Source: a virus. From it: DNA of 56,162 nucleotides. The stretch lies in IMG/VR virus record IMGVR_UViG_3300045988_083024, one strand, 5' to 3'. The notes below the pieces were generated by a model. The model was not told the DNA's origin and did no database searches. It was given only the letters and a program-made list of their open reading frames with translations. The first letter of the stretch is position 1. Every line of letters begins with the position of its first letter. A program made the position numbers and the translations under genes. Positions 9,705 through 19,762 of this stretch are shown piece by piece.

Positions 9705-10125
9705 CACTGAACAGCTGCGTTTGTGGTTTCGGAAATGCCCTGCCATCCAAAACAAGAATCGTTTTCGGGTCAACTTTCTTTCGGAAAGTCCTACGGAGTA
9801 CGCGATCTACTCCGTACCGTCCGAAATCAGAACGCATGAGAACATCATCGGCGAAATTGTTCTGGATGATATTCAGGTGCAGAATTTTATTTTTGCATCG
9901 AAAGAATCTTTCGGCCCTGACATTCAGCAGAGCCTTGCAAATCTGGGCTTTTATGATGAGGTCATGGCGTGGATTTATCAGCAGAACACGGTTCAGAACT
10001 TCCCGAATATCCGGGAGGGCCGGGTGAAGTCCATCGTTCCTACGCTGACTGCATATCCCGTTGAAGTTGGCAGCGGGGCTGCTAAGTATCAAATCCAGCT
10101 AAAAATGACTTATAGGAGGAAATAA
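9688..10125 (+). CDS. Tail completion protein
   Basis: 145 aa, directly upstream of the tail tube gene. Confidence 0.45.
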   Translation: MPELNSTEQLRLWFRKCPAIQNKNRFRVNFLSESPTEYAIYSVPSEIRTHENIIGEIVLDDIQVQNFIFASKESFGPDIQQSLANLGFYDEVMAWIYQQNTVQNFPNIREGRVKSIVPTLTAYPVEVGSGAAKYQIQLKMTYRRK

Positions 10126-10127
10126 GA

Positions 10128-10631
10128 ATGGCTAATAAGATCGAGCGCAAATATCTTGCGCACTTCATTGATGCCTCTTTCGGTACTGGCAGTGCCACCC
10201 CGAACTACGTCCGTCTGGGTGCCGATCTGGAGGAATACAACCTCGATCTGAACCCGGACGTTGAAGTGTCGAAGAACATTTGGGGTGAAAGCACCATCAA
10301 GCACAACGGCTACGAGCCGCAGAGCGAGGTGGACCCCTACTATGCAGTGGAGGGCGATCCGCTGTATGAGAAGCTGGAAGCTATCGCAAATGGTCGTCTG
10401 ACCGGCGATGACTGCAAGACTACCGCTGTCGATGTTCTGCTGAATGACAAGGGTGTTGTCACTTGGGCATACCGTGAGGATGTCATGGTGGTTCCCACCA
10501 GCATGGGCGGCGATACCAGCGGCGTTCAGGTTCCGTTCAGCGTCTACTACTGCGGTAATCGTACCAAGGGTACTTTCGATGTGACCAAGAAAACCTTTAC
10601 CGCTACCGCAAGCACCGTGTCCGGCAAATAA
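10128..10631 (+). CDS. Major tail (tube) protein
   Basis: 167 aa, RBS AGGAGG, followed by a terminator-like hairpin and the chaperone genes. Confidence 0.65.
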   Translation: MANKIERKYLAHFIDASFGTGSATPNYVRLGADLEEYNLDLNPDVEVSKNIWGESTIKHNGYEPQSEVDPYYAVEGDPLYEKLEAIANGRLTGDDCKTTAVDVLLNDKGVVTWAYREDVMVVPTSMGGDTSGVQVPFSVYYCGNRTKGTFDVTKKTFTATASTVSGK

Positions 10632-10655
10632 GGGGTAATCACCGTTTTTGTGCCG

Positions 10656-10692
10656 GGGGCGTGGTCTGAAAAGGCTGCGCCCCATTTTTATT
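10656..10692 (+). terminator. Terminator/attenuator after the tail tube gene
   Basis: Stem ggggcg/cgcccc followed by atttttattt. Confidence 0.45.
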
Positions 10693-10709
10693 TGTAAAGG
10701 AGATTCACT

Positions 10710-11192
10710 ATGTCTGATGAAATCAAGACCACCGAAACTATGGAAATCGTTGTCGATGACGGTATGCGGGATGTCCGCATCCGCAATCTGAAAGGTGAGC
10801 AGATTGGTCTGTTCAAGTTCCGGCCCACTGACATGGGCATTATTGACCGCTATAACAAGCTGGTCAAAGACTTTGATGCTATCACCGAGCCGCTGGCAGA
10901 TGTCAGCATCAAGGCTGATGGCACGGCGGAAAACGAACTGGACACCAGCAAGCTGAACGAGGCGGAGCAGCGTCTGTATGCCGCTTGCGATGAGATGTTC
11001 GGCGGTAACATGAGCGAGGCATTCTTTGGTAAGATGCACCCGTTTTCCCCTATCAACGGCGTGTTTTTCTGCGAAACCGCGATCTCTCAGGTTGGTAAGT
11101 TTATCGGCCAGCAGTTCGGTCAGGAACTGAAGAAGGTCAACACCCGCGTGGAACGCTACACGAAGAAGTACGCGGGCAAGGGCCGTGCATGA
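10710..11192 (+). CDS. Tail assembly chaperone
   Basis: Acidic 160-aa ORF between the tube and tape measure genes. Confidence 0.55.
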   Translation: MSDEIKTTETMEIVVDDGMRDVRIRNLKGEQIGLFKFRPTDMGIIDRYNKLVKDFDAITEPLADVSIKADGTAENELDTSKLNEAEQRLYAACDEMFGGNMSEAFFGKMHPFSPINGVFFCETAISQVGKFIGQQFGQELKKVNTRVERYTKKYAGKGRA

Positions 11193-11755
11193 TCGGACAA
11201 CTCCCGGAAAGTCTTTCTGTATCCGGCGTTGAGTACGGCATACGGACGGACTTTCGGGATGTCCTTTCCATTTTAGAGGCATTTAATGACCCGGAACTGG
11301 AAAACAGCGAGCGTGTGTACGTTTGCCTGTTTATCCTGTTCCGGGATTTTGATGCAATCCCCCCGGAACACTATGAAGAAGCGTTTAAGAGGGCCTTGTG
11401 GTTTATTGACTGCGGGGCTGATCCTGACCAGAAAACGCCAAAGACCAAGCCCCGGACGATGGACTGGGAACAGGATGAAAATATTCTGTTCCCGGCAGTC
11501 AATCGGGTAGCTGGCCGGGAAGTTCGCGCTCTGCCGTATCTCCATTGGTGGACGTTTTACGGATACTTTATGGAGATTCAGGAGGGCGTTTTTTCTCACG
11601 TTCTCAGCCTCCGCCAGAAAAAGGCATCTGGTAAGAAGCTGGAAAAGTGGGAGCGGGATTTCTGGAATGCGAATAAGGACATCTGCGAGCTGAAAACGAA
11701 ACTCACGGCAGAAGAACAGGCCGCAAAAGATCGCCTTAATGCTCTACTCGGTTAA
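11189..11755 (+). CDS. Gp15-family tail protein (second chaperone position)
   Basis: SVSGVEYGIRTDFRDVLSILEAF matches the Gp15-family signature as I recall it. ATGA overlap with the upstream ORF. Confidence 0.55.
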   Translation: MIGQLPESLSVSGVEYGIRTDFRDVLSILEAFNDPELENSERVYVCLFILFRDFDAIPPEHYEEAFKRALWFIDCGADPDQKTPKTKPRTMDWEQDENILFPAVNRVAGREVRALPYLHWWTFYGYFMEIQEGVFSHVLSLRQKKASGKKLEKWERDFWNANKDICELKTKLTAEEQAAKDRLNALLG

Positions 11756-11769
11756 AAGGTGGTGAAGCA

Positions 11770-14700
11770 ATGGCCGAACATTCTGACGGTTCTATCGTAA
11801 TTGATACCGAACTGGATCAATCCGGGTTTGAGGCGGGTAGCAAGGAACTGTTGCAAGCCATTCAATCCCTAACTTCTGAGATTAAACAGCTTAACGCGCA
11901 ATTCGGCTCTGCATTTGCCAACACCAGCAAGGCGGCAGATGATTCCAGTAGCCGGGTTCAGCAGCTGGAGGCTCAGGTAACACAGTTACAGTCGCAAGTG
12001 GACGGCCTGAACACTGCACTGGAAAACATGGAAAATCAGATGAACAGTGCGGAGGACAGTAATCTTTCCGGGGCATTTGATACGACTGCTGCCAAGCAGT
12101 CCGTGTCCGATCTCCAGAAAGACCTTGATTCTTTGACATCTGACCTTTCCAAATTGGAATCCTCGGCGGATAAAGCGATGGGCGTAACAACTACGCCTTT
12201 GGAACGCTTTAACGAGCTGGCGGATTCCATGCAGCAGCGAATTGACGATCTTTCGGATAAGCTGGAGGAACTTGCAGATTCTCAGGTTCCAACGGATGAT
12301 TATGCGTGGACTACGCAGGAAATCCAGAAAGCCGAAACCGAACTGGACAAGTTGATGGCGAAACAGGATAAGATGGATGCCACCGGGGTAAAGCATTCCT
12401 CCAAGGCATACCAGAATCTCCAGTACGACATTGACCAGACCAAGCGCAAGATCGAGGATTTGAGAGCTACACAGCAGATCCTCACCGATAACGGGGAGGA
12501 TTTTGTTTCGGGTGTGGATACCGAACAGTATGCCCAGTATTCCGCCCAGCTGGAAGATGTACAGGCCAAGTACGATGACCTTTGCGCTGAGGTTGATAAG
12601 TTCTTTGCTAAAAACACTTCCGTTTTCTCCGTATTGGGGAAAATGATCGGTTCTGCCTTTACTGCGGCAAAGGATACTGCTGTTGCCTGTATCCAGCGCA
12701 TTGCGGGCGAGGTCAAAGACCTTGCGGGCAGAAGCGTTTCGCTACTCGCGGATCAGGTGAAAAAGGCGGTATCGTCTTTTGTTGGGCTGAACAAGGGTTC
12801 TAAGTCGGCGAATGCAGGCTTTGGAACCAGCCTGAAAACTATTCTCAAGTATACATTTGGCATTCGTTCTCTGTTTGTGCTTGTGAACAAGCTGCGGGCG
12901 GCACTGGTGGCCGGATTCGGTAATCTGGCGCAGTATTCCAGCTCTACCAACAAGGCTATTTCGTCTATCACATCTGCTCTTACGCAGCTGAAAAACAGTC
13001 TGGCATCGGCGTTTGACCCGATTTTACAGGCAGCAGCCCCGGCCCTTACCTACCTTATTAGTAAGCTGGTAGAGGCCATTTCTTATATCGGGATGTTTAC
13101 GGCAGCACTGTCTGGGCAGAAAGTCTACAAAAAGGCAACCTCCATCCAAGAGGACTACGCCAAGTCGCTGGACAAGACCTCTAAATCCGCAAAGGATGCA
13201 AAGCGGCAGCTTGCCAGCTTTGATGAGCTGAATGTGCTGTCTGATAAGTCTACGAAAAAGGATGATGGGTCTGTTGATCCATCCCAGATGTTTGAAGAAG
13301 TCCCCATTGATACCAGTGTGACCGACTTTGTGGATCGTCTGAAAAAGGCTTTTGCCGATGGCGATTTCACCGGGCTGGGCAGGATCATTGGTGAAAAAAT
13401 CAATGCAGCTTTCCAGAGCATCAAGGACTTTATTGACTGGGATAACGTGGGCGGCACGATCACAAAATGGGTGAATGCGCTCTGTGATACCATCAATTCG
13501 ATGGTGGATACCATCGACTGGGATTTGATCGGCAGCACGTTTGCATCCGGCGTGAATACCATCGTCAACACGATGCACCTGTTGCTGACGGGCATCGACT
13601 GGGAAAACATCGGCAAGGCTATTGCAACGGGCCTCAATGCTGCCATTCGGGATATTGACTGGGCGAAACTCGGTCAGACCCTCGGCGAGTATTTTGAGGC
13701 AAAGTTGGATGTGCTACACGGTGTTATTACCAACTTCAACTGGCGCGGCCTCGGTGCAGCAATCGGTACTGCCCTTACGAACACCTTTGCAGCAATCAAC
13801 TGGGGCAAGGCGGGCGAAACTCTGTCCTCCTACGTCAAGGGGCTGCTGGACACGTTTAGTTCTGCCGTTGAAAATTTCGACTGGTTTGCACTGGGCGAGG
13901 ACATCCGAAAGTTCCTTGTCGGTATCGACTGGGGCGGTGTTGTTGGTAGCGCGGTAGGGGCGTTCGGCGCGGCTTGTGGTGCTATTGGCAGTCTGGTCAT
14001 TGGGTTCCTTAAAGAGCCTTGGGAAGAAGCTGTCAAGTGGTGGAAGGATACCGCTTACGAGGATGGACAGTTTAGCATTCAGGGGCTGTTTGAGGGTATC
14101 AAGAAAGCATTTTCTAATGTTGGCACATGGGTCATGGATAACATCTTCAAGCCCTTGTGGAACGGCATTTGCAGTGCGTTTGACATCCACTCGCCATCTA
14201 AGAAAATGGCCGAACTTGGCGGCTATATCATGGAAGGTCTGAAAAACGGCATCACGGGCGGTATTACCGCTGTCGTGAATGCGATAAAAGACCTCCCCGG
14301 CAACATCGTAACAAAGCTGAAATCCGTGAACTGGATTCAGCAGGGCAAGGACATCATTGGCAACATCTACAACGGATTTGTTGCGATGAAAGATAAGCTC
14401 CCCACCGCGATCAAGACTATCGGCGACAATGTGGTGACTAAGCTGAAAGGCATTGATTGGCTGGCAGCTGGTAAGGCCGTTATTGGGTTCATCTATAACG
14501 GCTTTGTCGCTCTCCAGACCAAGCTGCCGGACGCTCTGAAAACCATCGGAAACAACGCCGTCACCAAGCTAAAGGGAATCGACTGGCTGACGGCCGGTAA
14601 GGCTGTTATTGGATTCATCTATAACGGCTTTGTCGCTCTCCAGACGAAGATTCCCGCCGCACTGAAAACTATCGGCGATTCGGCTAAGAAGAAGTTTACG

Positions 14701-17160
14701 GACATCGACTGGCTGGGCGTTGGTAAGAACGTCATTCTCGGCATCTATAACGGCATCCAGAACACGCTGAAACGGCTGTCCGAGGCTGCCGGAAAGGCAT
14801 CCAACTGGCTGATTAACGCATTCAAGGATGCGCTGGGTATCCACTCTCCGTCTACTGAGGGCGCAGAACTGGGTTACTGGTTAGATGCTGGTGTGGCGCA
14901 AGGCATAGCCAACAATTCCGGGCTGGCGGAGGACGCGGCTGGTGATTTAGGTTTGGCGGTCTACACAGGTGCGGATGACGCATTGGACGGCAAGGGCACA
15001 CTGCTCGGCGAGGGCTTTGTGGATGAAACTGTCGATGCACTGAAAAACAACATGAATCGCATCTCTGATGCCCTTTCCAGCGGTGACGGTTTAACCAACA
15101 TCAAGGGCATCATTGACGCGGTGCAGTCCGGTGACTGGGCTACCGTAGCGAAAAACGTTGCGCTGGGCCTGTTCAACAGCATGGATAAGAATTTCCGTAC
15201 CAACGTCATCGGGTTTGTCGCTGATTCTCTGGAGGCTCTGAATAAGGGCTATGAGGAACAGGGATATGTCGGCATGGCAAAGGCTGCGTGGAATATCATC
15301 TCCGGGCTGAAAAACAACCTGTCCACCTCCGGCAATACCAATATTCTGGTAGAGGCTGGCAAGGGCATGGCGAACAGCATCACGGACGGCGTGAACGGTG
15401 GTCTGCCTGATCTCTGGTCGCTGATCTCCAGCATTCCCGGAAAGATTCTGGAACTGCTGTCGGGCGGCTTTGGGCAGCTGAAACAGTGGGGCGGTCAGTT
15501 CATTGACTGGCTCACGAACCTGTTCAAGGGCGGTTCTGGAAACATTCAGACCAACATGGGCACTACGCTCCAGAATATCGGCAACACGTTCAAGAATTTC
15601 TTTAACGGAACTTCTCAAAACGGCAGCTCGTTCATTCAGAATTTGGGGAACACGCTCAAGAATGGGCTGGGCAATATCCAGAATAATTCCTCTGGGCTGC
15701 TGAACGGCATCAAGAATCTGTTTAGCAACGGATTCAACAACATCGCATCCAATGCGGGAAATCTCTGGAACTCCGTCAAGGGATTTTTCAGCAATGGATT
15801 GTCCGGCGTGGCATCTAATGCGGGGTCGATGCTCTCCAACATCGGCTCGGTGTTCAGCAACGGATTCTCTAGCATAGCATCCGGCGCATCGGGTCTGTTC
15901 TCTAAACTCGGATCGCTATTCAGCGGTGGGCTGTCTGGCATCGCATCTACTGTCGGCGGCGGGCTGTCCAGCATTGCCGGGTCTGTGGGTTCTACCATCG
16001 GCGGCATTGCCTCCACCGTAGGCGGCGGGCTGTCTGGTCTGGTAACATCCATCGGCGCGGGCATCGGTTCTATCGGTGCAACGGTCAGCGGCGGTCTGGG
16101 TGCGCTGGCATCCGGCGCAGCTGGTGTGGCTGGCACAATCGGAACAACACTCTCCGGCGCGGTAGCTACGGCGGGTACTGCCCTCGGCGGTCTGGGTACT
16201 ACGCTGGCCGGACTTGCCACGGCGGGCGGGCCTGTCGGCCTTGCAATCGCTGGTGTGGGCGCATTAGGCGCGGGTCTAGTGACTGCCTATAACAAGTGTG
16301 ACTGGTTCCGCGATGGCGTTAATAACGCTTTTAACGCCATCAAGAATACCGTTACTAATGTTTGCAAGGGCGTTGGTAATGTGGTCAGCGGAATCTGGGA
16401 TGGCGCAAAAAATGTGGTTTCCGGCGCGGTCAATGTCGGCAAAAACATCATTACGGGCATCGGTACAGGCATTAAAAATGTCGCATCCGGCCTATGGAAT
16501 GGTGTGAAAAAAGTCGGCTCTGGCATCGTGAACGGCTTTAAGTCTTTCTTTGGCATCCACTCTCCCTCTCGCCTGATGCGGGATGAGATCGGCGAAATGC
16601 TGCCTCCCGGTATCGAAAACGGCATCGTTGCGGCTACTCCTGATCTTATCAAGGGTACGCAGCAGCAGATGGAGAAAGTTGTCGATGCAGCACAGTCCAC
16701 GCTGGCGCAGGCTGACACAAGCACCATCGGCTCCGAAACGCCTACTCTGGATTACACCGGGAATGTTGTTTCGGACAAGCTGGATGGTATGCTGTCCGAT
16801 TTCTCTAACAAGATCGAGGACAGTTTTACTACCCTGATTGACCGCCTGAACAGTATCGCAGACCGGGTGGCATTTGTCACCCCACAGGCTGCAACTGGCA
16901 CGGTCATGCCGTATGATGTCGCCGCGAAAGCGACAAACGGCGGCACGGCTACACTGGGCGATACCATCACATCGTCCAACGAGGAACTGGGTTCTGTCGT
17001 GATCCAGTCCGTTACCAACGCCACCTCCGCGATTGTTGATGCAATTCAGAAGTACAGCGGTACTACTGTAAATCTGGATGCAAACGGTATCACGGATATG
17101 GTGATTAAGGAAATCAACCGCAGAACTCGTGCGCAGGGCAGTTCCCCGCTGATCGGGTAA
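11770..17160 (+). CDS. Tape measure protein
   Basis: 1796 aa. Coiled-coil N-terminus, three IHSPS motifs, internal ~40-aa tandem repeats, and a Gly/Ser/Ala-rich hydrophobic segment. Confidence 0.9.
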   Translation: MAEHSDGSIVIDTELDQSGFEAGSKELLQAIQSLTSEIKQLNAQFGSAFANTSKAADDSSSRVQQLEAQVTQLQSQVDGLNTALENMENQMNSAEDSNLSGAFDTTAAKQSVSDLQKDLDSLTSDLSKLESSADKAMGVTTTPLERFNELADSMQQRIDDLSDKLEELADSQVPTDDYAWTTQEIQKAETELDKLMAKQDKMDATGVKHSSKAYQNLQYDIDQTKRKIEDLRATQQILTDNGEDFVSGVDTEQYAQYSAQLEDVQAKYDDLCAEVDKFFAKNTSVFSVLGKMIGSAFTAAKDTAVACIQRIAGEVKDLAGRSVSLLADQVKKAVSSFVGLNKGSKSANAGFGTSLKTILKYTFGIRSLFVLVNKLRAALVAGFGNLAQYSSSTNKAISSITSALTQLKNSLASAFDPILQAAAPALTYLISKLVEAISYIGMFTAALSGQKVYKKATSIQEDYAKSLDKTSKSAKDAKRQLASFDELNVLSDKSTKKDDGSVDPSQMFEEVPIDTSVTDFVDRLKKAFADGDFTGLGRIIGEKINAAFQSIKDFIDWDNVGGTITKWVNALCDTINSMVDTIDWDLIGSTFASGVNTIVNTMHLLLTGIDWENIGKAIATGLNAAIRDIDWAKLGQTLGEYFEAKLDVLHGVITNFNWRGLGAAIGTALTNTFAAINWGKAGETLSSYVKGLLDTFSSAVENFDWFALGEDIRKFLVGIDWGGVVGSAVGAFGAACGAIGSLVIGFLKEPWEEAVKWWKDTAYEDGQFSIQGLFEGIKKAFSNVGTWVMDNIFKPLWNGICSAFDIHSPSKKMAELGGYIMEGLKNGITGGITAVVNAIKDLPGNIVTKLKSVNWIQQGKDIIGNIYNGFVAMKDKLPTAIKTIGDNVVTKLKGIDWLAAGKAVIGFIYNGFVALQTKLPDALKTIGNNAVTKLKGIDWLTAGKAVIGFIYNGFVALQTKIPAALKTIGDSAKKKFTDIDWLGVGKNVILGIYNGIQNTLKRLSEAAGKASNWLINAFKDALGIHSPSTEGAELGYWLDAGVAQGIANNSGLAEDAAGDLGLAVYTGADDALDGKGTLLGEGFVDETVDALKNNMNRISDALSSGDGLTNIKGIIDAVQSGDWATVAKNVALGLFNSMDKNFRTNVIGFVADSLEALNKGYEEQGYVGMAKAAWNIISGLKNNLSTSGNTNILVEAGKGMANSITDGVNGGLPDLWSLISSIPGKILELLSGGFGQLKQWGGQFIDWLTNLFKGGSGNIQTNMGTTLQNIGNTFKNFFNGTSQNGSSFIQNLGNTLKNGLGNIQNNSSGLLNGIKNLFSNGFNNIASNAGNLWNSVKGFFSNGLSGVASNAGSMLSNIGSVFSNGFSSIASGASGLFSKLGSLFSGGLSGIASTVGGGLSSIAGSVGSTIGGIASTVGGGLSGLVTSIGAGIGSIGATVSGGLGALASGAAGVAGTIGTTLSGAVATAGTALGGLGTTLAGLATAGGPVGLAIAGVGALGAGLVTAYNKCDWFRDGVNNAFNAIKNTVTNVCKGVGNVVSGIWDGAKNVVSGAVNVGKNIITGIGTGIKNVASGLWNGVKKVGSGIVNGFKSFFGIHSPSRLMRDEIGEMLPPGIENGIVAATPDLIKGTQQQMEKVVDAAQSTLAQADTSTIGSETPTLDYTGNVVSDKLDGMLSDFSNKIEDSFTTLIDRLNSIADRVAFVTPQAATGTVMPYDVAAKATNGGTATLGDTITSSNEELGSVVIQSVTNATSAIVDAIQKYSGTTVNLDANGITDMVIKEINRRTRAQGSSPLIG

Positions 17161-17179
17161 GAAAGGAGGGCGTAAAGCT

Positions 17180-17554
17180 ATGGCGGTTCCTATGTTTGTC
17201 GTGAACGGTCACGACTATGCAAAGCTGATTACTGAGCTGAAACCCTCCCGGAACGATGTTGATTCTGACGGTAGCGGACGCAATCTGCTGGACGGTCTGA
17301 TGTACCGTTCGCGGCTTGCGACAAAGCGCAAGTGGTCGGTCACGTTTGGCCGTCTGGACGCTAAGACCATGATGCAGCTGGAGAATGATATGTACAGTGG
17401 TAAGGACTATATCTCTATCACCCTGCTGGATGCCCGTGTCAATCGCGGCGTTATCAGCAGCTATTATTTCTCCACCATCAATGAAGGTGTGCAGCGCAGC
17501 ATCAATGGCGAAACGTACTACGATGGCGTGACGTTTGACATCATCGAGAGGTGA
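17180..17554 (+). CDS. Distal tail component
   Basis: 124 aa, immediately after the tape measure gene. Confidence 0.45.
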   Translation: MAVPMFVVNGHDYAKLITELKPSRNDVDSDGSGRNLLDGLMYRSRLATKRKWSVTFGRLDAKTMMQLENDMYSGKDYISITLLDARVNRGVISSYYFSTINEGVQRSINGETYYDGVTFDIIER

Positions 17555-17558
17555 CGGG

Positions 17559-19193
17559 ATGAGAGGTAGGTCGAACCTCTGGGCGAAACTGGCGGCGCGA
17601 GGCCGCTTTCGCACAGAAGCAAAGCTCGTTTCGGGCGGCAAGGATTACACCACCATCTCCGCCCCGATAATCGTGCGAAAGTTGATGGCACAGCCGATGG
17701 CGGTAGGTAGCTGCATCGCGGCTACACTGTCTGTGTCGGTGCTGACCCCGGATCGAATCGAAAGCCCGGTCAAGATCATGGCCCGGATCACTGACGATGA
17801 GGCATACAGCGAATGGGCCAGCTTTGGCACGTTTTTCATCAATCAGCGTGATGATTCCCAGCACAATGGTCTGGTAACGCTGGATTGCTATGACGCTATG
17901 CTCATGGCAAATACTCCGTATCTGACCAGCGCGGATGATGCGTTGGTGTGGCCCCGGCCTATGATTGATGTTGTAGAGGACATCGCCGCCCGATTAGAGG
18001 TCGGAATTGACCCCCGCACAAAGATCAATACCGGGGCGGATTACATGATTCCGAAACCGTCTGCGGACAAAACAATGCAATCTTTACTGGTTGATATTGC
18101 GATCTGTCACGGCGGCAACTGGATCATAACCGAGGACAATTTGCTCCGGCTTATCCCTCTGACATCGGCAGCGGATGAAACATACCGCCTGATTGACGAG
18201 GATTTCAACGTCATCAAGGCAGCAGACGGTAGCACCATCGTTTACAAAGACGGCGGGGCTACCGTTGTTTCTGCCGATGATTCCGGCGGCGAAACCCCGG
18301 AAAGCCCCATCGTGGCATCCTATCATGTCACGGATGAACATGGTAACTCGATCATCACCCCGCAGGGCTATTATCTGGCATGGTCTAACGGCGAGGTCGT
18401 ACCCGCCGATGGTGTGCTGAATGTGCCCGTGGTTTGCGGCAAGCTTACGACTGGTACATCTGTCACCCTGTCTGGCATCTCTGCTACGGCGGGCAATGAC
18501 ACGCTGGGAGCCGGTAACAACTCCGGGTATGTGCTGGATATTTCTTCTGACTGTCTAACACAGAACATCGTAAATGACCTGTATGAGCGGCTGAAAGGCA
18601 TCACATACAGCCCATTTACAGCATCTAAGACGATCTTTGACCCGGCGGCAGAGCTGGGCGATAAGGTCATCATCGGCAATGCCGTGCGAAGTGTTCTGTG
18701 CGTTGAAACGCTCACCTTTGATATAGCTTTCCGCGCCGATCTCAACGCCCCGAACAGCGAGGAGTTGAGCGTGGAATATCCGTACAAAAAGGAATACCAG
18801 AAGTTGCAGCAGTCGCTGGCATCCCTCGACAAGTCTGTGAACAAGTCGATTGATGACCTGACCGATAAGGTCAACAGCGGCAGCGGTGAAACTGGCACTC
18901 TGGCGGCACAGTTAGAGGCTGAGATCATCCGGGCTGGGCAGGCAGAAATTGCGCTGTCGGATCAGATCAAGGCCGAAAAGGATCGGGCCGAGAAAGCCGA
19001 AAAGCAGATTCTGGAGGACGTGGCTGCTGGCTACACCACAAAGAGCGAGCTGTCGGATGCACAGACTGTGGTAGATCAGAAGTTTACCGATGTGCATACC
19101 GAAATTGAAGGGATCAAATCGAAGCTGGACATCATGGGGCCTTATAAAATGGTTGGTGGACGGCTCTGTTTTGTGACAAAGAAAAAAGCCTGA
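17559..19193 (+). CDS. Tail tip / tail-associated protein
   Basis: About 544 aa after the distal tail gene. C-terminal coiled-coil (EAEIIRAGQAEIALSDQIKAEKDRAEKAEKQ). Confidence 0.55.
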   Translation: MRGRSNLWAKLAARGRFRTEAKLVSGGKDYTTISAPIIVRKLMAQPMAVGSCIAATLSVSVLTPDRIESPVKIMARITDDEAYSEWASFGTFFINQRDDSQHNGLVTLDCYDAMLMANTPYLTSADDALVWPRPMIDVVEDIAARLEVGIDPRTKINTGADYMIPKPSADKTMQSLLVDIAICHGGNWIITEDNLLRLIPLTSAADETYRLIDEDFNVIKAADGSTIVYKDGGATVVSADDSGGETPESPIVASYHVTDEHGNSIITPQGYYLAWSNGEVVPADGVLNVPVVCGKLTTGTSVTLSGISATAGNDTLGAGNNSGYVLDISSDCLTQNIVNDLYERLKGITYSPFTASKTIFDPAAELGDKVIIGNAVRSVLCVETLTFDIAFRADLNAPNSEELSVEYPYKKEYQKLQQSLASLDKSVNKSIDDLTDKVNSGSGETGTLAAQLEAEIIRAGQAEIALSDQIKAEKDRAEKAEKQILEDVAAGYTTKSELSDAQTVVDQKFTDVHTEIEGIKSKLDIMGPYKMVGGRLCFVTKKKA

Positions 19194-19267
19194 TGGCTAA
19201 GAGGAAAGGACGGTGATGCCTATGATTGTCTAAAGCATTTCGCAAAAATCTTTAACAGGAGGTTTTT

Positions 19268-19762
19268 ATGGCAGATAAACGAATCCAAGATTTTGCAACG
19301 CTGGCAGAGGCGGCGGACGATGACCTGATTCTGGTATCGTCCAGTGGTGAAACCTATAACATCAAGGTTTCCACCCTGAAAGCCGCTGTGTCTGCGGCAT
19401 TGCAGTCTACTCTGGGCAGTCTTTCTACGGGCAAGGCGGATAAAACTACCGTTAATACTCTGGATCAGAATTTCAAGAACTTTGTCAAGGACACCAACAC
19501 CGCGCTGGCTGGTAAGGCAGACACATCTTCCGTGTCCACCCTTAATACCACGGTAGAAGGGCTGAAAAAGACCAAAGCTGATGCGTCCACCGTAAATGCC
19601 CTGAACGGCACTGTGGAAGGGCTGAACGGCACTGTGGAAGGGCTGAAAACGTCCAAGGCAGACACATCTTCCGTCACCAAGTTACAGCAGAGCATTGACG
19701 GGCTGGGCCTTGTTATCAAGGACGGCAAGCTCTGCATCAAGATCAAGAAGGAGGTTTCCTAA
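19268..19762 (+). CDS. Tail fibre shaft protein with heptad-like repeats
   Basis: Repeats of the form TxxxLxxTVEGLKxxKAD. Contains a perfect 21-bp tandem duplication. Confidence 0.5.
   Translation: MADKRIQDFATLAEAADDDLILVSSSGETYNIKVSTLKAAVSAALQSTLGSLSTGKADKTTVNTLDQNFKNFVKDTNTALAGKADTSSVSTLNTTVEGLKKTKADASTVNALNGTVEGLNGTVEGLKTSKADTSSVTKLQQSIDGLGLVIKDGKLCIKIKKEVS

Noticed and set aside
10710-11755. Programmed -1 frameshift between the two tail chaperone ORFs.
   Set aside because: I found no XXXYYYZ slippery heptamer near the end of 10710-11192. The downstream ORF has its own ATG overlapping the stop (ATGA), so independent or coupled translation suffices.
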